A stretch of DNA of 64,000 bases from Glaucostegus cemiculus (Eukaryota): NCBI GenBank assembly GCA_976551045.1, contig CDPCPM010000247.1, positions 1,054,001-1,118,000 on the forward strand, read 5' to 3'. Under the pieces are notes generated by a model. It was not told the DNA's origin. It did no database searches and saw only the letters and a list, made by a program, of their open reading frames with translations. Shown here piece by piece: positions 51,301 to 64,000 of this stretch. Both the position numbers and the translations under genes were made by a program. Numbering within the stretch: position 1 is the stretch's first letter; each line of letters begins with the position of its first letter.

Positions 51301-52253
51301 GTGGTAGGGGTTTTACATCGCAGGTGATTCTCAGGCTGACTAACCTGGAGGCTGAAAACCTCCAGCTAATTGCAGTGCATGTATTAGCACATTCCCAACC
51401 TCCAAACCTGCAGGATTCAGTACAGAAGTCAGGAACAGGCTGGCGCTCAAATGTTTGGCCTCTCCCTGGACTCTCTGTCATGTCCATGGGTGTTCGGTAA
51501 TTTGCTGAACCAAGAAGCCACTTGCACTTATCCAGGCCCTTGGGTTTATGTCAATCAAAGCTGGTGCATCTTAAGTGCCCCATTTATTTGTATGGGATCA
51601 CTGACCTTCCTTTGAAAGGTGAGTTAAGTTAAGCAATTTTTGTTTATTTGTCTTTATTTCTTTGTATACTTAAGCTTGAAATTAATTATTAGCAGTTTAT
51701 TGTGTTTATAAGTACATTTTATTTTTTAATAATTTTCAAGTTTTTTGATTTACTTGTCTACTTTTTTAATGTGACCAGCACCTTGATCTGTGGAGTACGG
51801 TATTTCGCTCCCATGCATGCTGAATATGTATATGGAAGTGACAATAAAAACTGATTCTGATTCTAAATGGCTTTGATCATGGAACTAGTTAAAGGGTCTT
51901 TGATAGCAGTAGCTGTCAGAGTGGTTTCAAAGCAATGTTTGGACAGGGCCTGACTTTCCTCTGCCTGTCACCTAGTTTCCACTCACAGTCTGCTTGTCTC
52001 ACAGAGCAACTAAAGCAGCCACTCTCCCGATATCTTAGGAACCACCTGTCTGCAAGAGCTTGTGCATCTGGCTAGCATGGGGAGGGCAAGTGCAAGGCTC
52101 ATGTTGTGTCAATCGCAGTCCAATCCATTATGATCTAATATCAGATGTCAAGCACAGGAAAGATGCCACCAAATAAACTGTAGTCAGTGACCTACATTAT
52201 GCAAGCCTGCTACCTCTTGTGTGAAAGCTCTGCTGCTAATTTCTTTGCTCTAG

Positions 52254-52399
52254 CACCTACAGCTCCTGAACGCCTTCTGGATGACAGCCTGACCAACATT
52301 CAGTGGCTGGGTAAGATGAGCACAGAAGGTCTGGGGGCTTGCCATGTAAAGGATGAAGCAGAGAAAGAAAACAAAGAGCCTCCACTGGAAGAGCCCATT
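52254..52399 (+). CDS. FOXM1: FOXM1 exon 3
   Basis: ctctag|CA CCT...LDDSLTNIQWLGKMS...EKENKEPPLEEPI|gtaagt. 146 nt, phase 1 to 0. Confidence 0.93.
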
Positions 52400-53027
52400 G
52401 TAAGTCCATTGTTCAATTCTGAGGCATTGCAGAAACTGCATCAAAACATTATTGAAGTCTTTGTGCTAAATATTTTTCAGTTTTCAATAGGTCAATTAAT
52501 ATTCAGGCCAAGTATGGGAGGTGTGAAAAGTAGATGGGCTTTGGGAACAGGATAACATCAGTGTGAGTGTGGAAGGTGTGAATCACTGGGATGGATGTTC
52601 AGGAGTGGGACTGAGTGAAATGGGAGATGAGAATGATCTGGTGGAAATGGGGATATTGGATCAAAAAGGTGGGATCAGCTGAATAGATTTTTTACAACAA
52701 TTGCACTTGATTTTGTCTTGAGTCCTTAAAGCTTTATCTTTAATTCACCAGTATGGAATAAGTATTTTAAAAAGGCCATTTTTGGATTGAATCAGGGTTT
52801 TACCTTGTATATCACTAATTTGAAATGTATCTTGCTTTTTGTATTTGGAGAGGTGCAAAGGAAGATTTTCTCCCAGTCTATCTTTGCTGCTCTTGTCCAA
52901 TGAATGATCAAATATATAATATAATTCAGTAGTGTAAAGGACTTAACATTTGTATCTGATGTGTCAACAGAACACAAACTTGGATGGAAAGCTGTATTTT
53001 GTCTGATGGTTTCTTCTTTTCATGCAG

Positions 53028-53186
53028 ACAGAGTCTGTTCATGAGCGGCCTCCATATTCATACATGGCAATGATTCAGTTTGCTATAAATAGCACTCAGA
53101 GCAAGAGGATGACGCTGAAAGAAATCTACACCTGGATTGAGGATCATTTCCCCTACTTCAAACATGTGGCGAAACCAGGATGGAAG
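53028..53186 (+). CDS. FOXM1: FOXM1 exon 4 (forkhead domain, N-terminal half)
   Basis: atgcag|[53 protein letters not shown]|gtgagg. 159 nt. Confidence 0.96.
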
Positions 53187-54667
53187 GTGAGGTGGATAAG
53201 GAAGTACAAACGACCGCTAACCTTGTGTCAGTACCACATCCCTATGGAATGGGGAAGCAAGTTCAATAGCCATTGTATGAATCTTTAGGCTCCTTGTTTG
53301 AGTTGTCACAGCCAGATGCTACAGCATCTTTTGTGAGGAGGCTGAGGAAAAGAAGGAATGGTTATCTTGTACTTAAGTATTTGGTGAAAATCTTTGCCCG
53401 GGTGGACTTTCAGGCAGAGAAACAGAAGCTTAAAATTACAAATAATAACTATTAAAGCAAAGTTTAGCCCACAGACTTGCCCAAAAATAAATTAGACCAG
53501 GGCACACCTTTTCAGTTAATTGCCAAAAGTCTGTTATTAATTATTACAAGGTGTATATGCATAAGGTGAAAGTGTTCATTCTTATTCCTCAATGGCCAGG
53601 GCTGTGACAGTGTTATTGAAAGTGGGAGACAAATTTACTTCTCCCTTGGGCCAATGTTTCCATTTCAAATGTGCAATAAAGCTTGAAATTTAAGGCAAAA
53701 TTAAAAAGCTAGTGTTCTCAGGATCCCAGCACTGGGAATAGCTCTGAGGTAGGCATGGGAACTTCAAGTAACTTGATGCTTGAGTACTCGAGTGCTGAAA
53801 AGTTCAAGTATTCAATCCTAATCCGAATAGTTCACTCTACTTTTTTTCTGAGACTGCATTGGCTTTTACCTTTCTCAGTTACTACAAGCCCAGCTCAGTT
53901 TAATGCAGAAACAAACTCATTTGTCCTGAAGCAAAAAAAACTGCAGCTACTTGAAAATTGATATAAAAGCAAATGATGTTGGAAGTGGGGAGAGAGGGTG
54001 TTAAAGTTTTAAGGTCATGATGTTTTATCAGGCCATTTCTGATGAAAGATCATTGATTTGAAGCATTAACTCTGTTTCTCTCTTCATAAATGCTGCCTGA
54101 CTTGCTGAGGATGTCTGTTTTTTCCTGCTTCTAACTCATTTGGTCCAACTACCCTATTGCATGCTATCTGGGTATCCAGTGCTTGATTACACAGTGCACA
54201 TTGTCATCATCATTGAACTAAAGTGGTAAATGCTTGCAATTTCAGCCCACTTTTGATTGTTCTGCTACAACCCATGGAAACCTACTTAACAGCCAGAGAT
54301 TTCCCTTCTATAATCATATTAAAGTGGTTTGTGTACAGAGAGTTTAAAATCATATTGAATATTCATTTATCACGTGTTTAAAATATGCATTTTTAGAGTA
54401 CCCACCTGTACTTGGCTATTTTTTTTTTAATTTGTCAAGTCTTTGAGCCAGACATTTGTCATCAATTGTTACCTCTTCATTTGTAACTCAATTGTCAAAT
54501 TTTGTTTGTTAATGCTCTTGTGTAATGTCTTGGCATTTAACTGTCTTGAGGGCATTACATAAATCTTAAGTATTATTGCAGCAAATACACTCCTGACAAG
54601 TCGTTGCCTGGGAGTGGTACTTTCCTCTTTTGTGATACTTATTGACCAGCTCTCACTTTCTCTTCAG

Positions 54668-54796
54668 AACTCTATTCGCCACAACCTGTCTTTGCATGAT
54701 ATGTTCATACGTCAGACATCTCACAACGGCAAGATATCACATTGGACCATTCGTGCTGAGGCCAACCGTTTCCTGACATTGGATCAGGTTGTTAAG
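54668..54796 (+). CDS. FOXM1: FOXM1 exon 5 (forkhead domain, C-terminal half)
   Basis: cttcag|NSIRHNLSLHDMFIRQTSHNGKISHWTIRAEANRFLTLDQVVK|gtgcg. 129 nt. Confidence 0.96.
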
Positions 54797-55697
54797 GTGC
54801 GTTTTCAATGTGCTTTTTGTGTAGTTTATTTTTTTTTTAGTTATTAGCTGAATAAATATCTGACCATTACAAAGGTTAATCTAGATAGGCAGCTTCTATT
54901 TACAGCTTGGGTCAAGGGAAGAACAGATCAGGCTTCAAGATGAAAGATTGTGAGATCAGGTGACACAGATTTTTCTCAAATCATCTTGAAGAAAATTAAA
55001 GGGTTTAACAGTTTCCTCCTTTTGAAGTTGCACTTGTGATTACAATTAAGTGAATTTGAAAATCCAAACCACGATAAATCTGTATTGGAAAGTGCCTGAT
55101 GGTCTAGGTAGCTATTTCTACTCATGAATGCTTTATATTAATTATTCAATGCATTTGATGAACAAGATTGTGCATAATTTTCTTCCTTTAATCATTATTC
55201 TCTAGCTCTTGAATTTAAATCTATCACGTTTGCTCACAAGTGCAATTCTGTGTGAATGTTGTAATGGAAGCAGGCCGACTATTACACAGTAAGATGGCAT
55301 TTGAAAGGAAATTGTTGGCTGAGAGAGAAGTCCTGAATTTGGAAATTTCTATATGCAGTGTAAGTTCTGTTATCCAGCATGTGCCAGGCCTAACAGGTGC
55401 TTATTTAATATTTGTGCCAGTTAACTTGATGTCACCCAGGGTGATTCCAGCCACTCCTAAAGTGCCAGTTACTGGAGCATGCTGGTTAGAAAAGAGTCAG
55501 ATAACCAAACTTCTACTGTACACGGCAATTTAATTTGTGCACTTTATGGAAGGGTTGGTTGACTGCTTTGGTGCATTAGTTGAAGTAAGAAGAAATATCC
55601 AGTTGCTGGCATAAGCTGCATTGCGTGTCTGATGTTGGCATTTTAAAATGTATTTTAATGTTCAATACTTCTCGTTCTTGATCAATATTTCATACAG

Positions 55698-55766
55698 TCA
55701 CTGGATTTCAGCCCAACTGACGAGACTCTTTGGATCCAAGCATTTCCTGTGTTGGTCTGTCAACAA
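55698..55766 (+). CDS. FOXM1: Candidate FOXM1 alternative exon Va/A1 equivalent
   Basis: catacag|SLDFSPTDETLWIQAFPVLVCQQ|gtaaga. 69 nt, phase 0/0, no stop. Begins like human Va (PLDPGSP). Confidence 0.5.
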
Positions 55767-57250
55767 GTAAGACCCAAGTGCTCTTGGTGGCACTCTGTCA
55801 CCTCATTGTGCTGATTTTTATTTTAACTGACTGGTTTGGTTGGGCCATGGAAGGGAAGGTGATTGTTGATAACACTTGTATTTGAGTTGTCTATAATCTT
55901 CGGATGTAATTTTTTTACATGGCATAATTCAGAGCTTAGAATACACATCAATTAATTAATTTACTGGTAAACGTTAGACTTTCAGAATGTTCTATTGTTA
56001 TGTGAATTACACAACCATCTTTACAAGCAAATAATGTCTTGCTTGTGACTTCTGACTCTGGAAATCATGAATGGCTCTTGACTGAATTATTACAGAGCAT
56101 AAAGCTTGAGGCTGGAAATTGGTGAATTGAGAACAAAAATGGGGAACAATGAAGAAAAAGAAATAGAACAAGGAGAATATAAATTATGGGTTAAAAAATC
56201 CAAGAAAGCAAATGATATTTGGGAAATGTGATCTCATGAATAGATGACAGACCAAAGGAAGAAAGTGGAGAAAAGAGGAGGAAGGGCAGTGTAGCTTCTG
56301 GGCCATAGGCCCAAGAATAGTAAACAAGAGAAAATGTTCAAGGGATTTCCTTTAGCAATATATCGTATGTTAGTAAATTATTGTACATCAACTGTCTCTG
56401 GGGAAATATGTGCAGTGGTCTGTCACAATCACTACTGTAAGTTTAGTCATGCATTGCAAGTAAATAAGTATCCTCTGTGAAAGTTACATTAACATTTACT
56501 TTAAAAAGGACTCAAAACCAGGCAAGGCAAACCTGTGTCACTGCCATAATTATATAAATAACAATTTATCAGAAGTATTAATTTTTGAAAAACACTCTAT
56601 GGAGAGACTGTACCACCTTTGCAGTTGGGAACCTTTTCCAGACTCATTACACGTTTACTTAACATTTTGAATGCCCAATCAGATCCTCAACAGTGTGACC
56701 TTTTGGAAAAGGGCTACCTTTTTGCACTGCATAATTTAATGTTTTCGAAGTCTTGTTTAACCAGTACTTGCTGCTCCCTGCTTTAACTTATTGAAAGAAT
56801 GATGCCAGATTGCTCAACTGATCCCACATTTCATTAGCATTTTATACATAAAAAATTCTGCAGTGGATCTCTAGACAATTTGCTACCTGTCTTGCCTAGA
56901 TCAGCAATTACAAAGGAAAAGATATGGTTAAGGTCATCAAAGGAACAGGAAGAGACTAGGTGCCTGAACATACAATCCAGGAATTGCAAGACATTTGATG
57001 TAGTTGTTTTGTCATCAGTTTCACATCAGTAATGCCCTTCAGGGAATCCAATCTAGAGCCCTTAATGAGATCCATGCCTGTATTGTAGATAGATCTTCAA
57101 TCTGGTAAATGGTCAGTGACTGGTGTTGTCTAGCTTAAGTTTAATTTTAGATAAATGGGATGTTAAAACCTGGCTATAGGAGTGTGGGCAAATGAGATGC
57201 AAGCATGAAAACGTGCCTGGTTTAATCTTTCTAAATTTGTTCAATTTCAG

Positions 57251-57308
57251 CAGCAAAAGCGATTCAGCAGCATGGAGGTGCCAATGAGCAACTTAGTTTT
57301 CAGTACAG
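57251..57308 (+). CDS. FOXM1: FOXM1 exon 6
   Basis: tttcag|QQKRFSSMEVPMSNLVFST.G|gtgcg (human exon starts QQKR). 58 nt, phase 0 to 1. Confidence 0.8.
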
Positions 57309-57904
57309 GTGCGTGAAAATGAAGCAGTTCCACGAAAGGTGAAATGCCGTCCTTCAGTTTCAGTCTTTGTTTGATTTTCAAGAAAATATGCACGAGCATG
57401 AGAAAGGAAAATACATAGTGGAAAACTTTTACATACCACTCATAACGTATTCTAAAACCTCATCTCAACAGGGCCATGAACAATACAGCTGCTCACACAG
57501 TAGCAGGTCTTAACTATTGGAGCCTCCTACATTTGTCAAAAGGAACCAATCATTTCAGTACTGAAAGCAACATTTGTAAAGTTTATTGAAATGTAGGAAC
57601 AAAATTTTGGAGTCTGTCAGGCACTGCATTCTACCATGGAGTAGAGGATGTGTAAAGTGGAGGCAGCTTTGGATGGAACAGGATGTAGTAAAGCAGGGTC
57701 CAATAATATAATTAATGTCAAAATAGAATCATTAATTAAATTTTACAATGGCTTTCAGCTAAATGTATTTGGTTCATCACAATGTGTAGCTCAGTTATGG
57801 TCCCGACAGTATTATCTGATGATGTAGTCAAATTGGGACAAGAAATGGTTAGTTATGCTTCAAAGTGATGAAACTGCTGCATAAGGTGTTTTTGTTTTGC
57901 ACAG

Positions 57905-58101
57905 AAGTAAATCCTAGAAAAATGAAACCACTGTTGCCTCGGACTGACTCCTACCTGGTGCCCATTCAGCTGCCGGTTGCCTCTCCCCTCATCCTACAGC
58001 CATCGCCTCACATAACTCTGCCTGCAGTCCAAGGGCATCCTTCTGCTGCTGCAAGCAGCGAGTTGACCAGGAAACACAAACGTGTCCGGATTGCACCAAA
58101 G
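57905..58101 (+). CDS. FOXM1: FOXM1 exon 7
   Basis: gcacag|(E)VNPRKMKPLLPRTDSYLVPIQLPV...KRVRIAPK|gcaagt. 197 nt with a GC donor. Confidence 0.92.
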
Positions 58102-58604
58102 GCAAGTTTTACTTTGATCCTTTTATATGATTAATAATTTGAGATCCTTGTAAACATCTTTTTGATCTATAAACTGTCAGCATTTCAAGCTACCTATGGG
58201 GCATGGCTTTAAATTGCAGTCTGCTTCTTTGCAGTAAACTAATCAAAGCACAGCCATCAATGCTGCTTATAATGTTGTAGAAGCCTGCATCCAGTGCTAA
58301 TACAATGAATCCTGCTAGTAGGAACATTAACATTTCTCAAAAATAGAACTTCATGTCCATTCCTGTCCATTCCAGAGATTTCCCTCTGTAACACAGCTGC
58401 ATTTAAACATTGTGCTTCTGGGCCTTGACTGACATATTGCTTGAACTCTTGAAGTTGGTGTCCTTGTTCACTAGCTTTGGAGGGTGGGTTATGCTGTATC
58501 ATCCTGGTGTGCAAACTCCAATTAACCTGTCCACCATTATTTGCAATGCGTTTAATGATTAGGCTCATGATGGAAAAGTGCAGCAGCAACACAGCCTTCC
58601 AGTT

Positions 58605-61345
58605 ACCATAGAACAATACAGGCCCTTCGACCCACCATGTTGTGCCGCCCTTCAAACCACACCTAAGACTATCTAACCCCTTCCTCCCACATATCCCTCA
58701 ATCATAAATTCCTCCATATGCTTATCTAACAATCTCTTGAACTTGTCCAATGTATCAGCCTCCACCACCATCACAGGCAGCGCATTCCATGTACCAACCA
58801 CTCTCTGGGTGAAAAACCTCCCTCTGACATCTCCCTTGAACTTCCCATTACCTTAAAGCCACGTCCTCTTGTTTTGAGCATTGGTGCCCTGGGAAAGAGG
58901 CGCTGACTGTCCACTCTATTTCTCTTAATATCTTGTATACCTCTATCATATCTCCCCTCGTCCTCCTCCTCTCCGATGAGTAAAGCCCTATCTCCCTTAG
59001 TCTCTCCTCATAATCTGTACTCTCTAATCCAGGCAGCATCCTGGTAAATCTCCTCTACCCTTTCCAATGCCTCCACATCCTTCCTATAATGAGGTGACCA
59101 GAACTGGACACAGTACACTAAGTATGGCCTAAACAGAGTTTTGAAAAGCTGTATCATCACTTCACGGCTTTTAAACTCAATCCCACAATTTATGGAAAGC
59201 TAACATCCCATAAGCTTTCTTAACTATTCTATCTACCTGTGAGGTGACTTTCAGTGATCTGTGGATATGATCCCTCTGCTTTTCTACACTGCCCAGAATC
59301 CTGCCATTTACCTTGTACTCCGCCTTGGAGTTTGTCCTTCCAAAGTGTACTACCTCACACTTCTCCGGATTGAACTCCATCTGCCTCTTGTCAGCCCAGC
59401 TCTACATCCTATCAATATCCCTCTGTAAGCTTCGACATCCCTCCACACTATCCACAACACCACCAATCTTTGTGTCTTCTGCAAATTTGCTAACCCACCC
59501 TTCCACCCCCTCATCTAAGTCGTTAATAAACGTCACCAAAAGCAGAGGTCCCAGAACCGATCCCTGTGGGACACCACCAGTCACAGCCCTCCAGTCAGAA
59601 CGCCCTCCCTCCACCACAACTCTCTGCTTTCTACAGGCAAGCCAATTCTGAATCTACACAGCCAAGCCTCCATGGATCCCTTGGCCTCTGACCTTCTGAA
59701 GAAGCCTGCCATGCGGAACCTTATCAAACGCCTTACTGAAATTCATGTAGACCACATCCACTGCACTACCCTCATCAATCTTCCTGGTCACCTCCTCAAA
59801 GAAACGCTATCAGGCTTGTAAGGCAAGATCTTCCCTTCACAAAGTCATGCTGGCTATCCCTAATCAGTCCATGATACTCTAAATGCTCATAGATCCTTTC
59901 TCTTAGAATCCTTTCTAACAACTACCCACCACAGACTTAAGGCTCACTGGTCTATAATTCCCTGGACTATCCCTACTACCTTTTTTGAATAAGGGGACAA
60001 CATTTGCCACCTTCCAATCCTCCGGTACGATCCCTGTGGACAACAAGGACTCAAAGATCCTAACCTCAACAGTTCAGCAATTTCCTCCCTTTCCCTACGG
60101 AACAGCCTGGGGAATATTCCGTCAGGCCCCGGGACTTATCTGTCCTAATATTTTCTGACAACTCCAACACATCCCTCTCTCTTGATATCTACATACTCTA
60201 GAACATTACCTTACCAACACTGTCCTCTGCATCATTAAGACCCCTCTCCTTGGTGAATACTGAAGAGAAGTATTCATTGAGAACATCACCCACTTCCACA
60301 GCTTCCAGACACATCCTCCTACCTTTGTCTTTAATTGGACCGACCTTTACTCCAGCCATTCTTCTGTTCTTTACATACAAGAAAAAAGTCTTGAGATTCT
60401 CCTTAACCGTACTCACTAAATCTTTTTCATATCCCCTTCTCACTCTCCTCAGCCCTTTCTTATGTTCCTTCCTTGCTACTCTATATTCCTCACAAGCCCT
60501 GTCCAATCCTTGTTGCTTACACCTTATGTATGCTGCTGCCTTCTTCCTAACTAGTTGTTCCACCTCTCTCATCACCCATGGTTCCTTCACCCTGCCATTC
60601 CTTCTCTGCCTCACTGGGACAAATTTATCCCTAACATCCTGCAAGAGATCCCTGAACATTGACCACATCTCCATAGTACATTTCCCTCCAAAAATGTCAT
60701 CCCAATTTACACTCCCAAAGTTCTTGCCTTGTAGCTTCATAATTCACCTTTCCCCAATTAAATATCTTCCTGTCCTCTTTGTTCCTATCCCTGTTCACGA
60801 CAATTCTAAAGGTTATGAAGCAATGGTCACCCACTGATAGATCTGTCACCTGTCCCAGTTCATTACCTAAAACTAAATCTAATATGGCATTCCCTCTAGT
60901 CGGCCTGTCGACATACTCTGTCAGGAATCCTGGACACACTTAACAAACTCCGCCCTGTCTAAACCTTTGGCACTAAGTAGGTGCCAATCAATATTTGGAA
61001 AGTTGAAGTCTCCCATTATAATAACCCTGTTATTTTCACATCTTTCCAAAAACTGCCTCCCAATCTGCTCCTCTGTATCCCTACTGCTACTGGTGGACCT
61101 ATAGAATACTCCCAGGAGGGTAACTGCCCCTTTCTTGTTCCTAACTTCCACCCATATTGACTCTAGAGAGGATCCTTCTACATTAACTACCCTTTCTGCA
61201 GCTGTAACAGTGTCCCTGACCAGTATCGCTGCCACCCCTCCTCCTCTTCTTCCCCCCCCCATCCCTCTTAAAACACTGAAAACCAGGAATATTCAATATC
61301 CATTCCTGCCCTGATGTCAGCCATGTCTGTGTAATAGCCACAATA
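58605..61345 (-). mobile_element. Near full-length CR1 ORF2 (endonuclease plus RT), frameshifted
   Basis: Minus ORFs with GGGVA, GDFNFPNIDW, PTRGNAILDL, GVPQGSVLGPLL, SKFAEDTK and RGDMIEVYK; tail near 58605. Confidence 0.95.
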
Positions 61346-64000
61346 TACACTTTAGCCCATCCACTTTACTACTTTTATAGCCTGTACTCTGCTTCTCCTT
61401 CCTCAAAGCCTCTCTACCTGTCAGATCTGACTTTTCCCCATCCCTTTCTTCTTAGTGAGGCATAGTTAGTCAGGTATAGTCATTCTGCCCCCAACTCTCC
61501 TCCTTTGAAGTGCCAACCTGATCAGGCGACTAATATCCAGAAGAGAGCCTACCAATGTATTGAATATGAACACTGATCCTCCATTTGCTCAATAGTATCT
61601 CCAGCCACTATTGGTTTCAGTTGGACAGTTGGACTTTACAGTGTGGATGGTGCTCCCTTTGGTTGTAGTGGGCTTATTCAAGCTACTTCTAACTGACAGT
61701 TCTTTGTCAAACTGTTGGCCTTAAGGCCTTGGACGGTTTAAAAAATGTACTTCGTGGCATTGAAGCTACTTTTCTGACATCAAATCTAAATCTCACAAAA
61801 CAGTGATGTTGGCAAAAATTCTAATGATATTGTCAAAGTTGTTGGATGAGGGTCTTTCTCAGACAACTATTTGAGTCAGTGAACAGTTGTTATGGCTTTC
61901 TGTTTCAAAGAAGATATCAGACCCATATGACCCCAGCATTGCAGCTTTGCAAGGATCTTGTGGCTTTAGCTGGAATATATAACCTCTCCTCAAATTCTGA
62001 CTCCTAACATCATCGTCCTTAAACTGGGAGGGAATATTTCCATCCTTTTCACTGTAACCATAAGATAGATATAATTGAATAGTAGCGAAGTAAGGAAACT
62101 TGGATCATTTTAGAGTTATCACTTAAATAATTTTCAATCCCCCCCCACCCACCTTATAACCAATCATTATTTCATATCTTTCTCAAATAAATTTTAGAAT
62201 GTTCCCTGGACATTGAAGGGGAACCTCAAATTGTTTGCTGCACATTTGTGAAAATAGTTTCCTTATGACCTTGCCCTTGTTCTCCTCTTTGGGTTTACCT
62301 TGAAATAGTGTTCTGGATTTATACATTGCTGAAATTGTGTTCCATTTTGTGTCACCTCAATTGCATACTTTCAATCAGATTTTCTTTATCATTTATACAA
62401 ACCCTAAGAGACAGAAAAAACAGGAAGTGCTGTATTTCTTTCTGATTTTAAAACCAAAAGCGAATTGTGGATCTCTGTATCTGGCAGAGAACACATTGCA
62501 GGCAAACCAGTTATTTGTTGGCTACAACTGTGCAGTCTAAGTACACTCAGGATGACTTGAATCAACTGTACTCTGCAAATTGACCAAAATTTGTTCTTGG
62601 ATAGAGTTTGAGGTCTGCTTGTTTATAATCTATAGTTATTGGACACTTTACTACCGTTACCATAAGGGGGAGACAAAGCAAATGCCAGCTACTTGGCACA
62701 AGGATACAGATCTGGACACAGATCATGCCCTGTAGGTGGTTGACCTCAAAGCTCATTGTTTTCTGGAGCAAGTCCCCAAGCACGTTCTTTGTTTAGGCTC
62801 CAGGCTGATCAGTCAGCTCTGTCATGGTGTATTGATCAAAATTGGCGAGCCCCGTCCTTGAAATTACTTTAAGGGCCAGCTGTAATGCTGACTGTCAAAG
62901 CCATCAAAAGATTTTGTATATGTCTGATATTGACAAACCATCAAAGACATTCAAGAACTATTAAATAATCAAAATTTTATTAAACTTCTAATAAACAATA
63001 TAAAATACTAAAGTATGCTATAAAGTGAAAAAAAGATTTAAGTCAATTAAAAAAAACAAAAGGATGGAAATCATCTTGTATTTTCTCCCTGTATTTGTGT
63101 CCTTTAATTACATTGAATGGGCCTGCTACACGTGCCAGACTTAGCAGGTACTGTCCCAGTACCTGTGCAGGGAGACCTGCAAAAGTTTGTACCCCCTGCT
63201 ACAGCCCAGTGGGAGTCCAACGACATGGAACAACTGGGCTGAAAATGACAACCAGCTGAGTAAAAGTTTGGAACTCCTGTCATTGCTGAGGCATCCTGAA
63301 CTTCTGCATAGCTATGTGGGGGAAAAAAAAGCCAGCAGTTCTCAGAAGATCTGCCAACTTACAAGATGAAAATCTGGCTGTTGCCTTTATCCATTGAGAA
63401 GGTAAACTGGATCATAATTAGGCCACTAATTAACTTTTATATTACTACTATAGGTCAAAGAAAGATCAAGGAATAAAGTGTTAGGTGGTGTTCTTTAACA
63501 TAGCAAAGCATCACAAGGCACTTTGAGGGATCATCATTAAACAAAAATTGACTTACTCAACCAAGCAAGGAATTAATAGGACAAATGATTAAAAGCTTGA
63601 TCCAAGGGAGAGGTTTAAGGAGCTTTAAGAAGGGGAGCGGTTTAGGGAGGGAATGCCAGAGCCCTGGGTCTTGGCAGCTATAGTCATAGCATTGAAGCAA
63701 CTGGATTTGGGGATGAGCAACTGGCTACAGTCCGAAGCAGGTAGATATAATAGAGGGTTATTAATTGCTGTAGGAGGTCCAGAAATAGGGAGGTCATGGC
63801 CATAGAGGGAGTCAAAAACAATAGTAATAATTTTAAGATCAACATATTGCTTATCCTGGAGATGTTGTAGATCAGCAAAATTAGGGTAATTTAACTTTGA
63901 CTTGGTATGAGCTAAGTCTTAGGCAGGAGAATTTTGACGTTGTTTATGGAGGCAGCAAGGGAGACCAACCAGGAGTGTGTTGGAATAGTCTGGAGGCAAA

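Noticed and set aside
52970-53027. Upstream acceptor that would lengthen FOXM1 exon 4
   Set aside because: In-frame TGA after 11 codons. The acceptor at 53027 has the polypyrimidine tract and keeps frame.
58102-64000. FOXM1 exon VIIa or terminal exon
   Set aside because: No recognisable coding match. The terminal exon probably lies beyond the window.

Overview
Vertebrate nuclear DNA, not prokaryotic. The repeat families (HE1-type SINE, many CR1 LINEs, Penelope) point to a cartilaginous fish, though the species cannot be fixed from the sequence. The window holds three spliced genes in the same order as human 12p13.33 (recalled, not checked). (1) The 5' end of a tubby-family gene, TULP3 by synteny, on the - strand: exon 1 in a CpG island near 23.6 kb and exon 2 at 12395-12446. 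(2) A complete RHNO1 CDS on the - strand (36342-36178 + 35624-34773, 338 aa). (3) FOXM1 on the + strand, head-to-head with RHNO1 across a CpG-island promoter near 40.2-40.35 kb, with coding exons from 42157 to 58101; the last exon is not in the window. Introns and intergenic DNA contain CR1, RTE, Rex1/Babar, Penelope, Gypsy, Tc1 and Harbinger remnants. Most notable: minimal hammerhead-ribozyme motifs in Penelope-derived repeats, including a 154-bp mini-element with a 16-bp TSD in FOXM1 intron 1; a VNTR-containing non-coding element nested in a CR1; uORFs that end at the start codons of both FOXM1 and RHNO1; a G-rich minisatellite in the FOXM1 5'UTR; a candidate exon Va orthologue; and a GC splice donor in FOXM1. 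All family and orthologue assignments come from motif recognition by eye, with no database searches.
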